Of a stretch of 64,000 nt of DNA, positions 1-15,265 are shown piece by piece. The stretch is from positions 29,360,150-29,424,149 of the forward strand of contig NC_134026.1 in NCBI RefSeq assembly GCF_964204645.1, read 5' to 3'. Made by a program: the position numbers and the translations under genes. A model generated the notes under the pieces. It was not told where the DNA came from and did no database searches. It worked only from the letters and a program-made list of their open reading frames with translations. This DNA comes from Tubulanus polymorphus. Its lineage: Eukaryota > Animalia > Nemertea. Each line of letters starts with the position of its first letter. The stretch's first letter is position 1.

Positions 1-3000
1 TTTCGTAGACATTAAGTGCATCAATCCCATACTCAATAAGGGAAAAAGCTGAGAATTCAAATGCTCCACACTGATTATCTTTGTTCGCATTTGAAACTAT
101 GCATTTCATTCAAATATTTTTTGCTTCTTTGAGTTTCATTACATAGCGAAACGAATGACTTTGATCTTTGCTGTTACTTACTGATACGGGAAATATTGGA
201 CCACTTTAACGCTACAGCTAACTACACGTGATGTCATTACTTCGCGGGTAATTCAATTATAGCCGGCCTTGCGTAACACACAACTGACTGCGGACGAGTT
301 GAGGCAGAGGATGATCGCGGGGAGGATCAGTGTGAGACACGTAACTACTGTACGAGCATTCCTTAACGAACCACTACATGACAAAGACTATCATTAGTAA
401 ACAATCACACAAATACCGCCAGGACACCCACTCATAGCGGCTTGGTTGTGAATAGCATCATCCGTACGAGATGGTTTCATACGCATTACATTACCAAGAT
501 CAACCAGAATTAGTTACAGAAATAGCCTTCGAACGTTATACACTGCTCAAATATCGAGATTAATCGCCTTTCGTAGATACATATAACTTGCGCTTATCAC
601 ATGCATGTTGAACGAACATTTTCTTTATTTCAGTAAATACATCCCGTCGCGTAGTTCCATATATCATTACTCCTCAGCGAAAAGTAAACAGAACGCGATG
701 GATCATTAATTCTTCTGGATTCAGTCTGCGGCAAAACAAAATCATTTCATTCTAGTGTTTGAGAATATGTGATATGAAAACAATTATCGCCTGTTTTAAC
801 GAATAAACTAGATTCATATTCTGTTGAATCAACAAGTGTGATGTGTATATATATTTAGAATTCAATGGAAAAATAAATCGATGGATAATTCCTAAATTTA
901 CATGTCACGAGAGTTTATATCAGCATTAATTGTCACTAGACACTTTCTAACGGTAAACATTTTACGGCATTTGAGCATTGATTGAATTGTTGATCGAACA
1001 ATTCCTCATTAAACTCGTTGACGTGTCACAAAAATCACTGCTTAGATAATGGATTATGGATTATTTACTGCATTGAAGCGTGTATACATACCATTCAATA
1101 ATAACAGCAGCAGCTGCAAAAGTAGAAACAATCGTTGAAAATTGTAATTGCTTTGGAATCAATCAGATATCATGTTTCATTTATAACATTTTTCATCTAA
1201 ATACTAAAACACCAGATGTTTCTCACATGCTGCTGTTAGTCATGTATACCTAATTTGAACTATGTATGGCGGGATTCTACGGAAACGTGCTTGGGACACA
1301 ATCATTTTTTTTTCTTAAAATTTCTTGCCGATTGAAGAAAAAACAACAGATTCAATTAGAAATTTTTAATTAATTTTCATTATATTTCAATTGGTAAAAA
1401 GATAAGAAAATAATGATGTCCACGGAACACTTACATAGGATTGACGTGATTGCACTTTGAGCTGGGAGATTGATTCCACAGGTGAGATGACGATGTTTGC
1501 ATTGCGGCCGCCAGATTCGATCTCGGTCCTCGGTCTCAGAGGTGACCAAATCAGCTTCGGGTAGGGATGATTATTCTGTCTTCACAGCTTGTACTTACTG
1601 TAACGTCAGACTGACATTGAACGAGGCTCATTCATTTGATTTGCTTGGGAAAAATGTTGTAAGATAACCGAGTAGAACCGACCAATTCGTTACAGTTTCT
1701 TTTGTTCAGCCGTTATGATAATAATAATAATGATTACAATGAAAATCTATTTCTCTAAAATTGATATCAACTAAACAATCTTAGTATCGTAAATTTATGG
1801 GGAAATTTCCAATTGAGAACATTCCTGGATGTTAAACATAAAGTAACAATCTAAACTGTATATTCACTTAAGGTTGGATAATCTAAAAAACATTCACAAT
1901 CTGTAATTTTTTAGTACAGAATTGATTGTGTAATCAATGCAAAAGATCAAGCGACTGGACTGATGCTAGGATTGAAAATTAAATTAGATTCATGTCATAT
2001 TTCCCAGTAAAGTTTGATTTATGACACAAGGATAAATCTAATTTTAAGATTGTCACAGCAATTCTCAATGCTGAATACTGATACTGCGCTAATCAATTTC
2101 AAGTTGTTTTATAAGTCACGTGTGCTTAAACTTCGATATGATGATGGCACGAACACCTGCCTCACGCTAGGTTTAGCGCTATCGTAGTCCCGTAACTCGA
2201 TCAGCTTTCTACGAACTTCTCCATCGCTGAAACCCTCTTCATTGCTCGCTTCAAAACTGCGAAAACAGATGCTTCGATTAGATTGGCAAATTTACACCGT
2301 TCGCAGGGCTGTTGATCATGATGTTCAACGTATTTGATGGATACTTTTTGCATCATTGAATTAGAAAACCATAAATACATGCATGAACTAAATTAGAATG
2401 AATTAAACTGAAACTGAATATAAGTGTAATTTATAAATGCTGAAAATGTTCATCGTTTCCTTCCATGTTTTTCCTCTTTTTGCATTTTACATTCGATGGG
2501 TGAACAGATGCGGCAGTGCTTTTGTTTGAAATTCCGATATTTCAAGTAAATTCCGACAAAGCGTACAATTTCAATCCGAGCGTTTCAAATGAAAGGTTTG
2601 AGACTGCAGCAACAAGTTTGATTGATGGGCTAGCACCGGAATGAATGACATCTCCCGCGAATATCGGCGTTAAATGCCGATTACACTTTCTTATCCCGTG
2701 AACCATTAAATAACGAAAAATACTGTGAACTTCACACCTGGAAATGACAAAACAACTCTGCATCGGATTCCATTCCTTTGAATCGCATCGGATAAAGTCC
2801 CAGTCTTTTTTTTAAAATATCACTTAACGTCGCATTCTTACATTTCCTCGATTTAATGACATTCACACTGCTTACTTCCTGCCACTTAGGTTTCGGTAAA
2901 TTCAATCTGGAATATGGAATATTAGCGATCGTTGAAATTCAATCATTTCTGGTGTATGTCCCCATTGTTTCCCGAGACAGTCAGTCATGCGTACTGCTTA

Positions 3001-6000
3001 CAATGTTGAGTACATTTCAGCACATGTACGAGATGTATTGTCAACAGCCTCGGGTATTTGTACATATTTGTCCATACAATAAGCTGCTTACACATTTCAT
3101 GAGAACGATTTAATAGCCATCAATCAATCAATCATTGGGAGATACGGGTAGCCATATGTTATTGGACCACTCACATGTATCGATGAGTCCGAAAACTCAA
3201 TTGAGTTCGCATCTCTTATCTTCGGCTCCCTTTCGATTCTATTGACTTGGAAAACATTCAAGAAAATCATGATACACGAAGAGAAGAACTATCGTTTTCC
3301 AATAAAGGCATCCGTAATTGCGGCCACCAGACAGAAACGGCGTTAGAATTCCCATTTACTGGAAAATCAATTCAGCCGAAGTATTTGTGTAAAAAAATAC
3401 ATACGTAAAAATACGAAGTGCAATATGTGAGATCCCACGAAATTGCAGCCAATTTCAGTCAGATTGTTGATCATGAAAAACAGTCCTTTCGTCTATGCTG
3501 AACATTTGTCCAGTTATTATTCAAACTCCCATACATCTCACACGTGGATTATCAGTCTAAATAATCTATTCTAATTGAGTCGTTTTAATGCAGTTTCGGT
3601 GATGTGTGTGATCTAACTGTAATCTAAGTTTAGAGAGAACTGAATTATTCATTATCTCTAAATTTATGTGGCTTAATCGACTATCCAGCCTTGTTACTGG
3701 TCTTATATGGCACTGAATCCGTTGAATCCCCGCTTAATGCAAATCAACGAAGATCACATCAATATAATTTTTTTTTTGACGATTAAATCGATTTCAGATT
3801 GCGTTTTTTTATCATAAACTGAATGAAGAAAAAAGGTTACTAAGATATGATGCGATGAATGAGATTCTGTCGAGTTTGAAAAAGATGTTAAGAATTGCAG
3901 CCATTATTAGAATTCTTCGTCGCAGTTCCACAGGGATATGCATTGATATTGTTTGAGGTTTGTTGATTTTTGGAAGATCGTAAATGGTTCATCCACTCCA
4001 TCATATCTTCTTTATCGGCTGCAGTGGATAAGTATGTTTACCACTGAGATTATCTGGTCGAGAAATGGCACACAGCCATGTATCATAGATGGTTGCTCGT
4101 GTACTTTTAACGATGGAACTCTCGATATCATACATTTCAATTAATTCAACAAGTTCGCGTTGCACTTCTTATGAGAATATCATATTGAAGTTGTCGTAAG
4201 GTGCCTGTTCCTGACGTGTACAGCAACAACAGGATGCTGAGAGCAATAGCGATACTTCGAATTCAGATAGTTGAGATATATATCAGTCACCTTCACGAGT
4301 CTAATTGCGAACATGGAACGTGCATTCAGTGGACCGAGTTAATCAACATGACGTATTTGTAAATACTGTCGTAATTAAGAACTAATATTTGGACAGAAAG
4401 CTCTCAAGGGTTCGCTATGATATTCGCTGATTAGAGGCGAGTTTGACCCTGAATGGACCCCGTAATGAATCCAACATTCCTTTTTCGATTCGAAATTTCT
4501 ATTCAGCGTCGATATTTGAAAAACGTTTCGTATTGATTTTGAAATGAACCTTTTCATCTGCAATATTGTATCGTATATAACAGAAGCTTTTCCTACCAGT
4601 CAGATTCTATCAAACTCAAATTTACATCTGCTCTTGATTGTGATTAATCACTTTAAGATACCGATTGGATTTCAAATAGTTTTTAAATCCTACTTTCTTG
4701 CTGCCGTCTCGCTGACACATCATCGATTGGAATTCAGTTAACACGTCAATTGCGCACAGACGCAAATACCGGGCGGATTTCAATAAACTGCCTGAAACAG
4801 ATTTGATATAATGCTAACTGTCAATATCGAGCTGGTATCCGATAAATGTGTCATATATCAAATGGTTTCACATAAATGGAATCTTAATAGGCGTAATTTG
4901 TCACATCCAATTAAATCCGCTGACTAATCCGTTTCTGCACTTAAAAAAGACATATTTAGTTTAAAACTTCAACCATAAATGCTATACGGTTCCCCGCGGA
5001 GGGTGCCCACCACTCAATTATCCAACTCGCGCTCGAAAGTTTAATAAAGGTCACTTTTGCAACATTTCATACTGATTCTAATTACTGAGAGAAAGTTTTC
5101 CGAGGAAGAAAATTCCTTCTCTCTGATTATTTAATCGAACAAAACGATTCTTCATAATTAAAACATATCTGGAGAAGGACTGTGTCTAGACATTCGACCT
5201 TGAATGATCCTATTTTCAGCGAATGGTATATTGTCTTCCCGAGCTTTAAACAGTTTTACTTTTGGTCAATAGAAGAAAAAGATAAATTGCTTGTTCCCAC
5301 AGTCTTAATGTAATTTTCTCGACGTTTTCAGGCTGGTGATAAACGAGCATTTATCTAGAATTACCGGTAGCTGATGACATTACGACAAACACTAGCTCTG
5401 TAGCACTTCACTAGCACCCCGTTTTATTCGTCACACGAATCAGTGTTAATGTATCCTCGACGCAAAGGTAATAATTCAATTGGGCTGAGAGAGAAAGTGA
5501 GGTACCACGAAATAGATGGTCTTCCTTCTCCCTTAATAAAAAGTGTTCTTTTTTTAAGTAAACGAAAATAATGAAAGAAATAGTTATTTCAGTTGAGCTA
5601 TGCGGCGACATTATCAGACATGTGGCATGGCTCTCATACTGTTATTAGCAGTTTTATATCAAGAGACGAAGTATCGTGGCTATAGGTTTGGCTACATGTA
5701 TTTGAATATGATGTGTCTAAGTATAACAAAATATCGAATGCATCTATAAATGATGCAAATCAGTGTATTTTAATTAAATCAAGCTGACGCGATATATATT
5801 TTTCTAAGCCCAATTCTAAATTAAAGACTATTACATGTTCCCGTACAAAAGGCGCAGTGTGGCTGACATTTCAATTTCCAGTGATATAGTTTATCACTCA
5901 ATTAAGACTAACACGTTATCCCTCGCCTACATCAATCCTCTAAGGTGAAATGTTCGTGTAGTACATCGCTTTATTAAGATAAGTTGTCATCGACTGCATC

Positions 6001-7687
6001 CAATAAAAATCTGACAGATTGCACCAGACTTCAGGTTTTTATAAATCTGTATTGATATAAAGTGCATTCCGCGTGGAAATTATGACAATTGTTTCATTCG
6101 ACGTATCGGTGTAATGAGTAGTTGGAATTTCAGCTGTTGTAAATATATTCGCAAATTTTCAATCCTGCTGATGATTAGTTAACATTAACTACTATGTTAT
6201 TATGACATTTCGCGATCGCCGAGAGTTAAAAGTTAATTATCGTGTTTGAACTTCCTTACAGCTATAATAAACCTACGCTAAAATCTTACCTTCGATAAAT
6301 GCCAAACTGTTATATGAACTTTTGAAATATTTGGCGAAGATAGAAAAGAAAATTGCAAACTATAGATAGAAACGATAGAATTTTGGTACAATCTTCATCA
6401 CGTATTCGTAAAAAAATGTTCAGCCGAGAGCATTTCATTTGGATTTCGACAATCAATGTTTTTTGACATTTACAACAAACGTATGAATAAATAGCCAATA
6501 GGTTTATATACTAAAAAAACCTAGTAATACGTAGTTTTGTTTCCGTCGCTGAATCGATCGTTAACGGTTAATCGACATAGAATGTTACGACTATTTTCGA
6601 CGAAGAAAGATCAATTTCGTGAGTGGTGAATTTAAAATTCAGCGCGGAGAAAAATATGAAATTGTAATAATAAACGTATAATTCGAATTGACACTTAAAT
6701 GGCATGAAACAAATATTGCGCATTGCGAGTTTAATAATACATTATCTGTAGAGTTTGAAGTGCACCTGACTGAACCTGGGAGTCTTATTCGCTATTGATT
6801 ATAATTAGAAAAAGAATTGACAATAATTCAGGAAGCACCTGTTGCCAACTGTGTGTTAGAAATTTGCAGGTTGCGTTTAACAGTTTAACATAGAATATCT
6901 AGTGGCAGATGCGCGTTATAAAGAGTGTATATATCCGTATATATTAATGATTTTAAACTCCTTCCAATTATTTCTAATGGTTTTATATTTTCCTCCAAAT
7001 GCTTGCTCGTTTTTTACGCTTATCGCTTCATTTTATTCACATCAAAAAACCGCAGCCCATGTGAAAGTATATAACGATGTATACCAGCGACCACCGACAG
7101 TTCCTTTGGGAGGTGTGATAATTTTTCAAATCGATTGGTCAAGTAGATACTAGGCATGCCCTTCAATGAAACACTTCGCAGCTTTGCACTATCGAATGGC
7201 AAGCATGTGTCACATTTTGTACACGACGAAATTATAAACGAGTTGCTGAATATTGTGTGGGATGGTTCTACAGTAAAAACGTCCCTGGATATAACGGAAT
7301 GTTTATATCCGAAATTTTTATGCTTTGATCTTTTTAGGTATTTTAACCTGTTCATCTAGAACGCTCACGCGATCGTATGTGACATACACGGCTGTGAGTA
7401 TGAGAGATGTTTCACCGTAAGTCCTCGGTCTTCGTATAATTATTCACGGTAGCTCATTCAAAATCGCATTGACCCACAATGTAATACTCAAAAAGGTATG
7501 TTGGAATATAAGTAACTATAAAATTCTATTTGAAAATATCAGACAACTTATATTGTACCTGACGCCACAACTTGTACAGGATAACATGAATTAAATATCG
7601 AAAATAATCATCTCAATGTCTCAGTGGTAGTAGGGTTATACCTACCGTGTTTCCGATGCCTGCTCGGACACCGTAACTCTGCACGGG

Positions 7688-9115
7688 TCATCTAACCTCT
7701 TTTGGTTTAGTCTTTTGGCATTTTCCAAACGTAAGCTTCCAAAACGAATGGCGAAAGTCGCGGTTTGAAAATGCGTAAATGAAAGGATTCATACAACTAT
7801 TAACATATCCGAGCCAGGTGACGAAACCCAGTAAAATAGGATGGACATAGCACGATTTACAAAATGGTTCGATCACATAAACGAGAAAAAAAGGCAGCCA
7901 ACAGAGAATAAAAACACCGACTACCACCGCTAATGTTTTCGCCGCTTTACGTTCTTTCGCAAAACAAGCACGGAATTTCTTCGAGTTTGTGTTAGCGTTC
8001 CGATCGGTTTGTTTAAGCGTTGGACTACGACCGTTTTTCGCGGCGATAGTCACAACTTGGTTATTTTTATGATGAGTATAAGTTATCAGATCATTTTTAC
8101 ATTTGAAACTTTGGTAATTTGCGTAGTGGATCCTATTAGCAGATTCATTGAGAGCTCTAGATCGGCTCAGTGTATTTTTCGACGCGCAATTTTCGCTCAG
8201 AGGCATTTTAAGAATGCCGGTTAAGGCCACGTGAGCCGGGGTTGATTGTGTCCGATCCGTTGAATCACTTTGGTTACTTCCATCGCTTATTTGATTGCCA
8301 TCTTGTTTCTCACCGGAAGTGTCGTCACTTCCTCTCGTTTCGCTCAAACTCAATTCGTCGACGTTTGTTTCGTTGCAGGTGTATCGTGAACTCCTCATAA
8401 TACTTCTCCGGTACGGTTTCAATCTGATTTCTCGTTCGCGGGCAACTTTGAAAATATTCGCGTAAACGAATAACATAACTACAAGCGGGATATAAAACGA
8501 ACCGAGCGACGAATAGATGATATACCCTGGATCCCGAGTCAGATAGCACACGTGGTCATTGGTATCCCATCGTCCTTCTTCAGCCCAGCCGAAAATAGGA
8601 GGACAAGTTATAATACTCGAGGCTACCCACACGATGGCGATCATAATCAAAGCCAGCTTCTTGCTTCTTTTTGTAGCGTAAATTAAGGGTCTAGTGATGG
8701 CGAAATAGCGGTCGACACTTATACAGCACAAATTAAGTATCGAAGCGGTACATAACATGACATCAAAGGAAATCCAGATATCACAAATAACGTATCCGAA
8801 CCACCAGCGGCCAGTGAGTTCGATAACGATATGGAACGGCATCACTAGTATAGCGACTAATAAATCAGAAATTGCCAACGAAACGACGAAATAATTCGTC
8901 ACCGTTCGCAGTCGACGGTTCGTAAAAATGGCCATAACGACGAGAATGTTGCCGAACACAGCAATTAAAATGATACTTCCCAATACAACACCAACAATTA
9001 TACTCCTCCAGAGGCTTATCTCGGCACCTTTATCTATATCAGACCCGTTACCAGTGAAATACACGAGAATAGTTGTGTTGTTTGTTATATGATAAAACTC
9101 CTCCTCGATGTCCAT
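7688..9115 (-). CDS. Class A biogenic amine GPCR, tyramine/octopamine receptor-like (most like type-2 tyramine receptors); single coding exon, 475 aa
   Basis: 7 TM segments; GN in TM1, SLAISD in TM2, amine-binding Asp in FDVMLCTAS, DRY, TM5 serines in YSSLGSFYIP, ERKAAKTL, CWLPFF, NPFIY. ICL2 YATKRSKKLALIMI resembles type-2 tyramine receptors as I recall them; subtype needs phylogeny. Confidence 0.9.
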   Translation of the reverse strand: MDIEEEFYHITNNTTILVYFTGNGSDIDKGAEISLWRSIIVGVVLGSIILIAVFGNILVVMAIFTNRRLRTVTNYFVVSLAISDLLVAILVMPFHIVIELTGRWWFGYVICDIWISFDVMLCTASILNLCCISVDRYFAITRPLIYATKRSKKLALIMIAIVWVASSIITCPPIFGWAEEGRWDTNDHVCYLTRDPGYIIYSSLGSFYIPLVVMLFVYANIFKVAREREIRLKPYRRSIMRSSRYTCNETNVDELSLSETRGSDDTSGEKQDGNQISDGSNQSDSTDRTQSTPAHVALTGILKMPLSENCASKNTLSRSRALNESANRIHYANYQSFKCKNDLITYTHHKNNQVVTIAAKNGRSPTLKQTDRNANTNSKKFRACFAKERKAAKTLAVVVGVFILCWLPFFLVYVIEPFCKSCYVHPILLGFVTWLGYVNSCMNPFIYAFSNRDFRHSFWKLTFGKCQKTKPKEVR

Positions 9116-9636
9116 GTTTATCGGCTTGCCTCGCCGCCTTCTCGAGGAGTCGATCTAACCGCTATCTCAAATAAACCCATCGGTCAGTAATTAGCGAGCA
9201 AATACTCGAACAAAAACAGACAACGCCTGTTTGCCTGTTTGCCATCGACGTTTACCATCCACGTCAAGTACTAAACAATAGGATTGCGGTCAACGAAATC
9301 TACCTCGCAGTTTTTTGCTCGCGAACTAATCCGAATCGCATTTAAAATCGCTTCCGAATTCGAGAATAAATCATTGGGCAGTCAGATTGATTATTTCCTT
9401 GTTTATTATTCCAGTTGCGGAAAGATAATCCGTTATATCCACGAATCGATATTAACTGATACGGATAATCCTTGAACAAGTGAAGCACTTCGGGTATCGG
9501 AGTCTTTTCCGACGATTCCTATACAGCATGTGCGCTTAAATCGAACATAACGCCAATGTATATAGTTCAGGTTGTCACTCGTAATGGTACGAATATATTG
9601 AGCGACACTTTTCAAAAGCAGGTGTTTTAACTACAA

Positions 9637-9754
9637 CTGAAGGATATAAAAAGCATTTCGATAGATTTTATGACCAAATAAATGTTTATTCGGGCAAAAC
9701 ACGAATGAACAAATATTGAGAAGTGAATGAACGATATAATGATTTTTCACTTAC
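9637..9754 (-). other. Probable 5'UTR intron of the amine receptor gene
   Basis: Minus-strand donor GTAAGTG at 9754 and pyrimidine-rich acceptor ..TATATCCTTCAG at 9637, upstream of the ATG at 9115. Confidence 0.4.
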
Positions 9755-12700
9755 GTTTTTATGAGAGGAGATAATGCTGCGAAGTACCATACAGTTCTAG
9801 ATTTTTAGTTTGTATTTTCCACTACCCTGCTCTGCTCTCCTCACCGACTGATCTCAGAGTTTCATTTGGTTGAGTTGTAATCGAGGTGTCTGCGCGTATA
9901 TCGCGTATCTGCCTGTGTACCGCTAACTGACAGTGACGACACCAAGCGACCGAGCTGTAACACTTCCCTAGCAATAAGTTTCTTACATCATTACTTCATC
10001 GACTTATCGTAAACCCACTCAAAGAATGAAGGAACCATCGATTAATAGATATGACGAAGAAAGTCAGCGCGTTATCTTCCTTGACAAAAAAGAAATACAA
10101 ATTCCGATTTTCCTGAAAATATGTCGCAGTTAATTACATGGATTCTGTGAATTCGTCTAATTGTTGTTTTGTCTAGTGTCAGTGAACTGATAATGATTTC
10201 ATTATTTTTCTATTCAAGAATGCTTCACCGATAAAACTCTGGTTTTACCAATAGTACCTGACGATTGCATACGTAGCGCCATTTAACTATAAATTTTCTA
10301 AATTCATGTTCACCTTATTAAAGTAAACTGACGATTCATTCATAATTTGTTGCATCTTGTCATCGTCGTTGAAAAGATCTCTTGATTCGGGTCGATTGAA
10401 AGATTACACGCGGCAGATCATCGCAGCGAAGCGCGAAAATGGACGCAATATCAACATTTGATTTTCATCGCTTCAGTAAACACCAATCAAAGACGAAGTT
10501 CGGAAAGGTTTTGTATTTTTATGAATACGTGTGTAAAAGTTTCCAATCGAAGAGAATGTATAACGTCCAGATTGAACGCTTCAGAGATGCATTTCCGTCT
10601 ACCCGGGGAGAGGATTGTTTGATTCAACATTCCTCGACTATGGTTTGTCCACATGATCTAACCCTCCTTTCATCATTAGCCGATCCAGGCGGAATGGAAG
10701 CTGATAGTATCGACTGATAGAAGGTAAGCCGAATGTTGGACGTATGCGATAAAAACATACACCACCAATCTTTCAGCTTACTGGATATCTAATCAAATTG
10801 GATTATATCCAGGTGGATGCCGCGCATTTGAACGCTGTTTTCCAAGTCAAAAGTCATTAAAGCCCTACATGAAAAGATCCTGGTTTTCACTATGGACGTA
10901 TTCAGATTTTAGGTGAATATATAAGTGCATCAATTCAATTCAATTTAGCAGATACATTTTTAATCCTCGAAGAAGATATAGACTAGAAACCTAACTCAGA
11001 TCAAACATCATCCGATTCGATCGCCGTCCCGAAACGATCGTCGCAAAAATACAACGCTTCTTACTCTAACGACTGCCCAAGTTCAACGCACACGATGCAG
11101 GAAAATACGGAAACATGTTTGATCGCCGAAACTCTCTTATGTTTCCCGTTTCTTGTAGACGCGAACGACACTCTTGGCACAACACATAGGTAAAAAAGGA
11201 CACGTAGCTCACGGAGTTGGGCAAATATCAGAGTTCTTTTTCTGCCCATTTTGCATCGAACGCTTCGAGCTAGTTGAGAGATGTTTTTACCGGAAGAAAA
11301 CAACTCTTTTGTCAATTATCTCGGCAAGTCACACTATACACCCTACAGCAGAATTGTAACCGCGTCGAGATATTTGAGATTACAAAGACCGCGGTAAACA
11401 AAAAAAAGCAAAGTTAATTTGACACATGTCCCTAGTGGCTGGCAATGAATAGGAGACTCATTTTCTCATGAAAAGATAATGATGAGACGAATAAGGACTG
11501 ATTGACATTTTCAAGAAACTTTAAATAGGTTAGTCATTACACACGCAACGTCCTGGATGATGGATAAGATAATCGTTATGATTATCCAATAACTATTTGG
11601 GAATTATTTTGCGACGATTTCCTTATGCCAGATGGCATTTTTCAGATCGAATATAAAAACCCCGATGATAGTCATTGGTGTCTATGATGTTATTCTTCAG
11701 AACGATGGAACTTCTGAGGAAAACTCATATCTGTAACTTATGGATCACTGAGTTGATATGTATATATGTATATGCATATACCATCTATTCGTTGCCAGTT
11801 GCACGAGGAAACGTGAAAGTGCATTCCAAATTAATTATATATCCAGAGACGGTTTGGATGTGAATAACGAAACTACTAATAATATAAATGAACGCGTCGT
11901 GCAACGTTTTGGAAATTGCAGCAAAAATACGTTAATTGAATAACCATGTCGATTATACATCACTGATCGAGCTACAATAAAACACTCTACATGGTTCACA
12001 CTCTCATTTATGCCAACATGCCTTCTTTTTAATTCTAAGATATATTTGGTGATAGACACAATCTCTATCAAATTTATTACTCCGAAACTGTGATGTTCTT
12101 TTTTCTATTATGCCGTCTATTTGAAAGGATTATCCACCGTCTCGCCTTTTATCGCCTCCAAATGACACTTATGACACTTGTTCGTGACATATTGCAATTT
12201 CTAGCAGGCAATCGACTAGAGAATAGCATTAGTTGTAATAGACAATTCCCCAGTCAAATTACGTCAATCAAGAGCTCTTTATTGGAAAAAAATTAACAGG
12301 AAATCGTTCATCGTCTTTTTGAAGAAATATCTACTCATTCTGAAAGCATCGACGTCGCGTAAGAATATTGTCGAAAAACATGTACAGACAAAAACAGATG
12401 CGCGAAGGAAGAAGATAGATTCATTTAGATATCATCTTTATTCTCAACAGGCTTCAAGAATTATTCATCTCTCTAAACTCACTGCTTACACGATCAGTCA
12501 GTTGCAAGTCACCATTTCAAAGGATACTTTTCATTTTTTTATGAACAGATTAATGTAACATTTTTTGAAATTCATCAAGACACTTTGGAACTGTGTCAGT
12601 GATTGTACACGTTGATACATACTGCGGTGCCATTGGTCCGTGTTTAGGCCTCTGCAAACAAAAATCAATCATCCTTATCTTGTCGTTTGGGAAGTAGATG

Positions 12701-12932
12701 TATTTTCGGGTGACGTGACGCTCATAGAAATAGATGATAATACCTTAAATCCTTCATCTACAAACCAATGCGATAATTGTTGGACAATGATTTATTATAG
12801 AACACATATATACTCATCCAGAATGAATAAGAACAGTAACTGATTTTCATCTTTTTGACACCGTTACAAAAATGCTTTACAAATTGCTGAGTATAATGTA
12901 TGCGTTATTCAAGCAGTAGTGTGTCAGTCTAA

Positions 12933-13297
12933 GTGTACTACGTCATCAATATTGGTGTTTCAAAATAAAAATTACAATTGTGAATATAAGCGTTTATTTT
13001 GTAATCAATTAAATTTCATGACTCTATCTTCTAACTTGTAAATGTTCTTTTTTTAAATGCATTTTTCATGTATCTAATGCATCTAATGATGAACGTTAAT
13101 GGCCATTTGGGTATTGTGAGTGGATGTGCACTACGTCATCAATATTGGGGCTCGTTAGCAGTCAATTCAATTTAATTCAATTGCCTATGGATTCAGTCAA
13201 AGTAACTTTATTAATCATTAATATACATCATTTCATATATATTATGTTATTTATTGTCCAAGGCGTCAATAAATTTTCAAGTTAGTTTCTTGTTGAT
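12933..13297. repeat. Dispersed repeat copy 1 (about 365 bp, internal direct repeat GTGCACTACGTCATCAATAT)
   Basis: Colinear similarity with 33320-33671: shared blocks ACTACGTCATCAATATTGG, ATTACAATTGTGAAT, GATGTGCACTACGTCATCAATAT and AGGCGTCAATAAA-TTTCAAGTTAGTTT. Confidence 0.8.
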
Positions 13298-15265
13298 ATC
13301 TCCACGCGTTGCTGTGGAGGTCACCGACATATCCTTTAATAACTCACATTCACAGCGTCAACAAAAGCTTATTTCGCGAGAAACGATGAAATAAAAACAT
13401 CACGCGAAATATTCAAAACGCTAGAGGAAGAAATGAACACTACCGAGCTTCAAACAGGATTAGAAATTGCACACATTGTTATCGTAATTGCAAACAACCA
13501 GGGGAAAATTGTACACGTTCAATTGACATCTTTAGGATAGTGAATTTCAGTGAATGCTGTAGCAGCACAAACAGATGAGATTAAAAGTAGAATTTTTCCT
13601 AATAGTTTCTGAAGCTTTTCAATATGTTACATCAAAACTTTGCCAACTGTATGAATGATTTGAAAAAAAAATAGATAAATATAGAGATGAAATGACCTCG
13701 CTATACATTATATAGGGGTAGATAAATTAGTGAAAACCGTTAGATTCAAATCACGTAGGAATAGACACCGATACCGGAGTTAATCTGAGAAATATTCATC
13801 GAGATAATGTCTACTACCATATCTATTCATCTTATATTCTAAACACGTATAATACATTCTTATTAGGAAACTGATAAGAAAGCTTTCCCGCCCGAACATT
13901 GAACAGTTCTCTGTTTGAATTCTAACCCTGTATATTACAGCAGAAATTGCCGCTCAACATTTTCAATAATTCACCACTATTATTGTTTCAGTATTGAATA
14001 TTTGATAAGTAAAGTGGCTAATGCTCCTCGTAGAAATTATCTTACACACAAACCTAGCCTAGAGAATGGAATATATTCAAGCATTGATAATATTCAACAC
14101 CGACACGACAAGTCAACGACGGAGTCCTGCGACTATAACTTATTTATCATTTCATTTTCCCAGCATAATTCATCGGCGTGTCCCAAAAGGAGCTGTCATG
14201 TTTATCTATGCGTTTAGACAGGCGCAAAAATTGCCACCACACGTATCTGCATCTTTTTAGAAGGACAGAAAAAAACGTGGTTGGAATAGGAGAAATTCGA
14301 GTTCGAGTTCGAGAATTTGAAGAAATTCCGGTGTTTCATTTTCTTGATTTGAAAAGTGCACAGAATATGTTTGCTATTACATATCTGTACTATTACGTTG
14401 ATTCGCTGTGGACACACAGAACTCATCAATACATTGGATTGATAATGTCTAACATTGATTTTGATAGACACAATATTCAATATTCCCTTCTACCTTCTAT
14501 ATGATTTACAATTCTGTTGATTTGAGATATACGAACATATATATATATATATTCATTAATCAACAGGTGTCTATACCTATTATCACAACAGTGATAGACA
14601 ATAATATTGTACATATACAAATTGATTCTGTCGTGTTTTGTCTGATGATAATTCTAGCGGTATATATAAACTCGTTCGATAATGAAATTATAGACATGTT
14701 TTTACCCGTAAAAATGATATCAATTTTCCCGATTCGGTTCCATTCATTATCTTCATTATCGGTTAATCGTTTTTCCTGCATTGAGGTTTTTTTTAAATGT
14801 TTCATTAGAAATCAATGTCTAACGAATGATTAACGTTGAAGTTGTGAATTAAATTAACCCAAAATGATTAATTTCCTGAAATATTATCAACGTGATGGAT
14901 GTATAAAGGATTTAAAAGATATACATTTATTAATTTTCTTTAGGGATAAAAATCATAACAAAGCCACCCGACTCATTCGCCATCTATATTCTGGGAACGT
15001 GCCAATTTTCCATGATGCGCGTTCTCTGCGACTATTGCGAGTCGACTTAACGTTATATCAAAGAAGCAAACAAAGTGTTATAATACTACCCCCCCCCCCT
15101 CCCGAATTCGTCACCGGTCTAAAGTGTGGTTGTATTATATTTATATCAATGTACGTGTACCTACATAAACTCCTGGTATTTTTGGCCATCTTTCGGCCAC
15201 CTTGAAATGTGAATTCTATGACAGAATTATCTGTGCTCAAATTTTTAGGTGAATGAGCAAATAAG

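Noticed and set aside
1-7600. Short ORFs and isolated splice-like signals
   Set aside because: No recognisable domains and no chain of in-phase exons; treated as intergenic or UTR.
10439-15240. Cluster of 60-113 aa ORFs
   Set aside because: AT-rich, overlapping on both strands, no motifs; consistent with chance.
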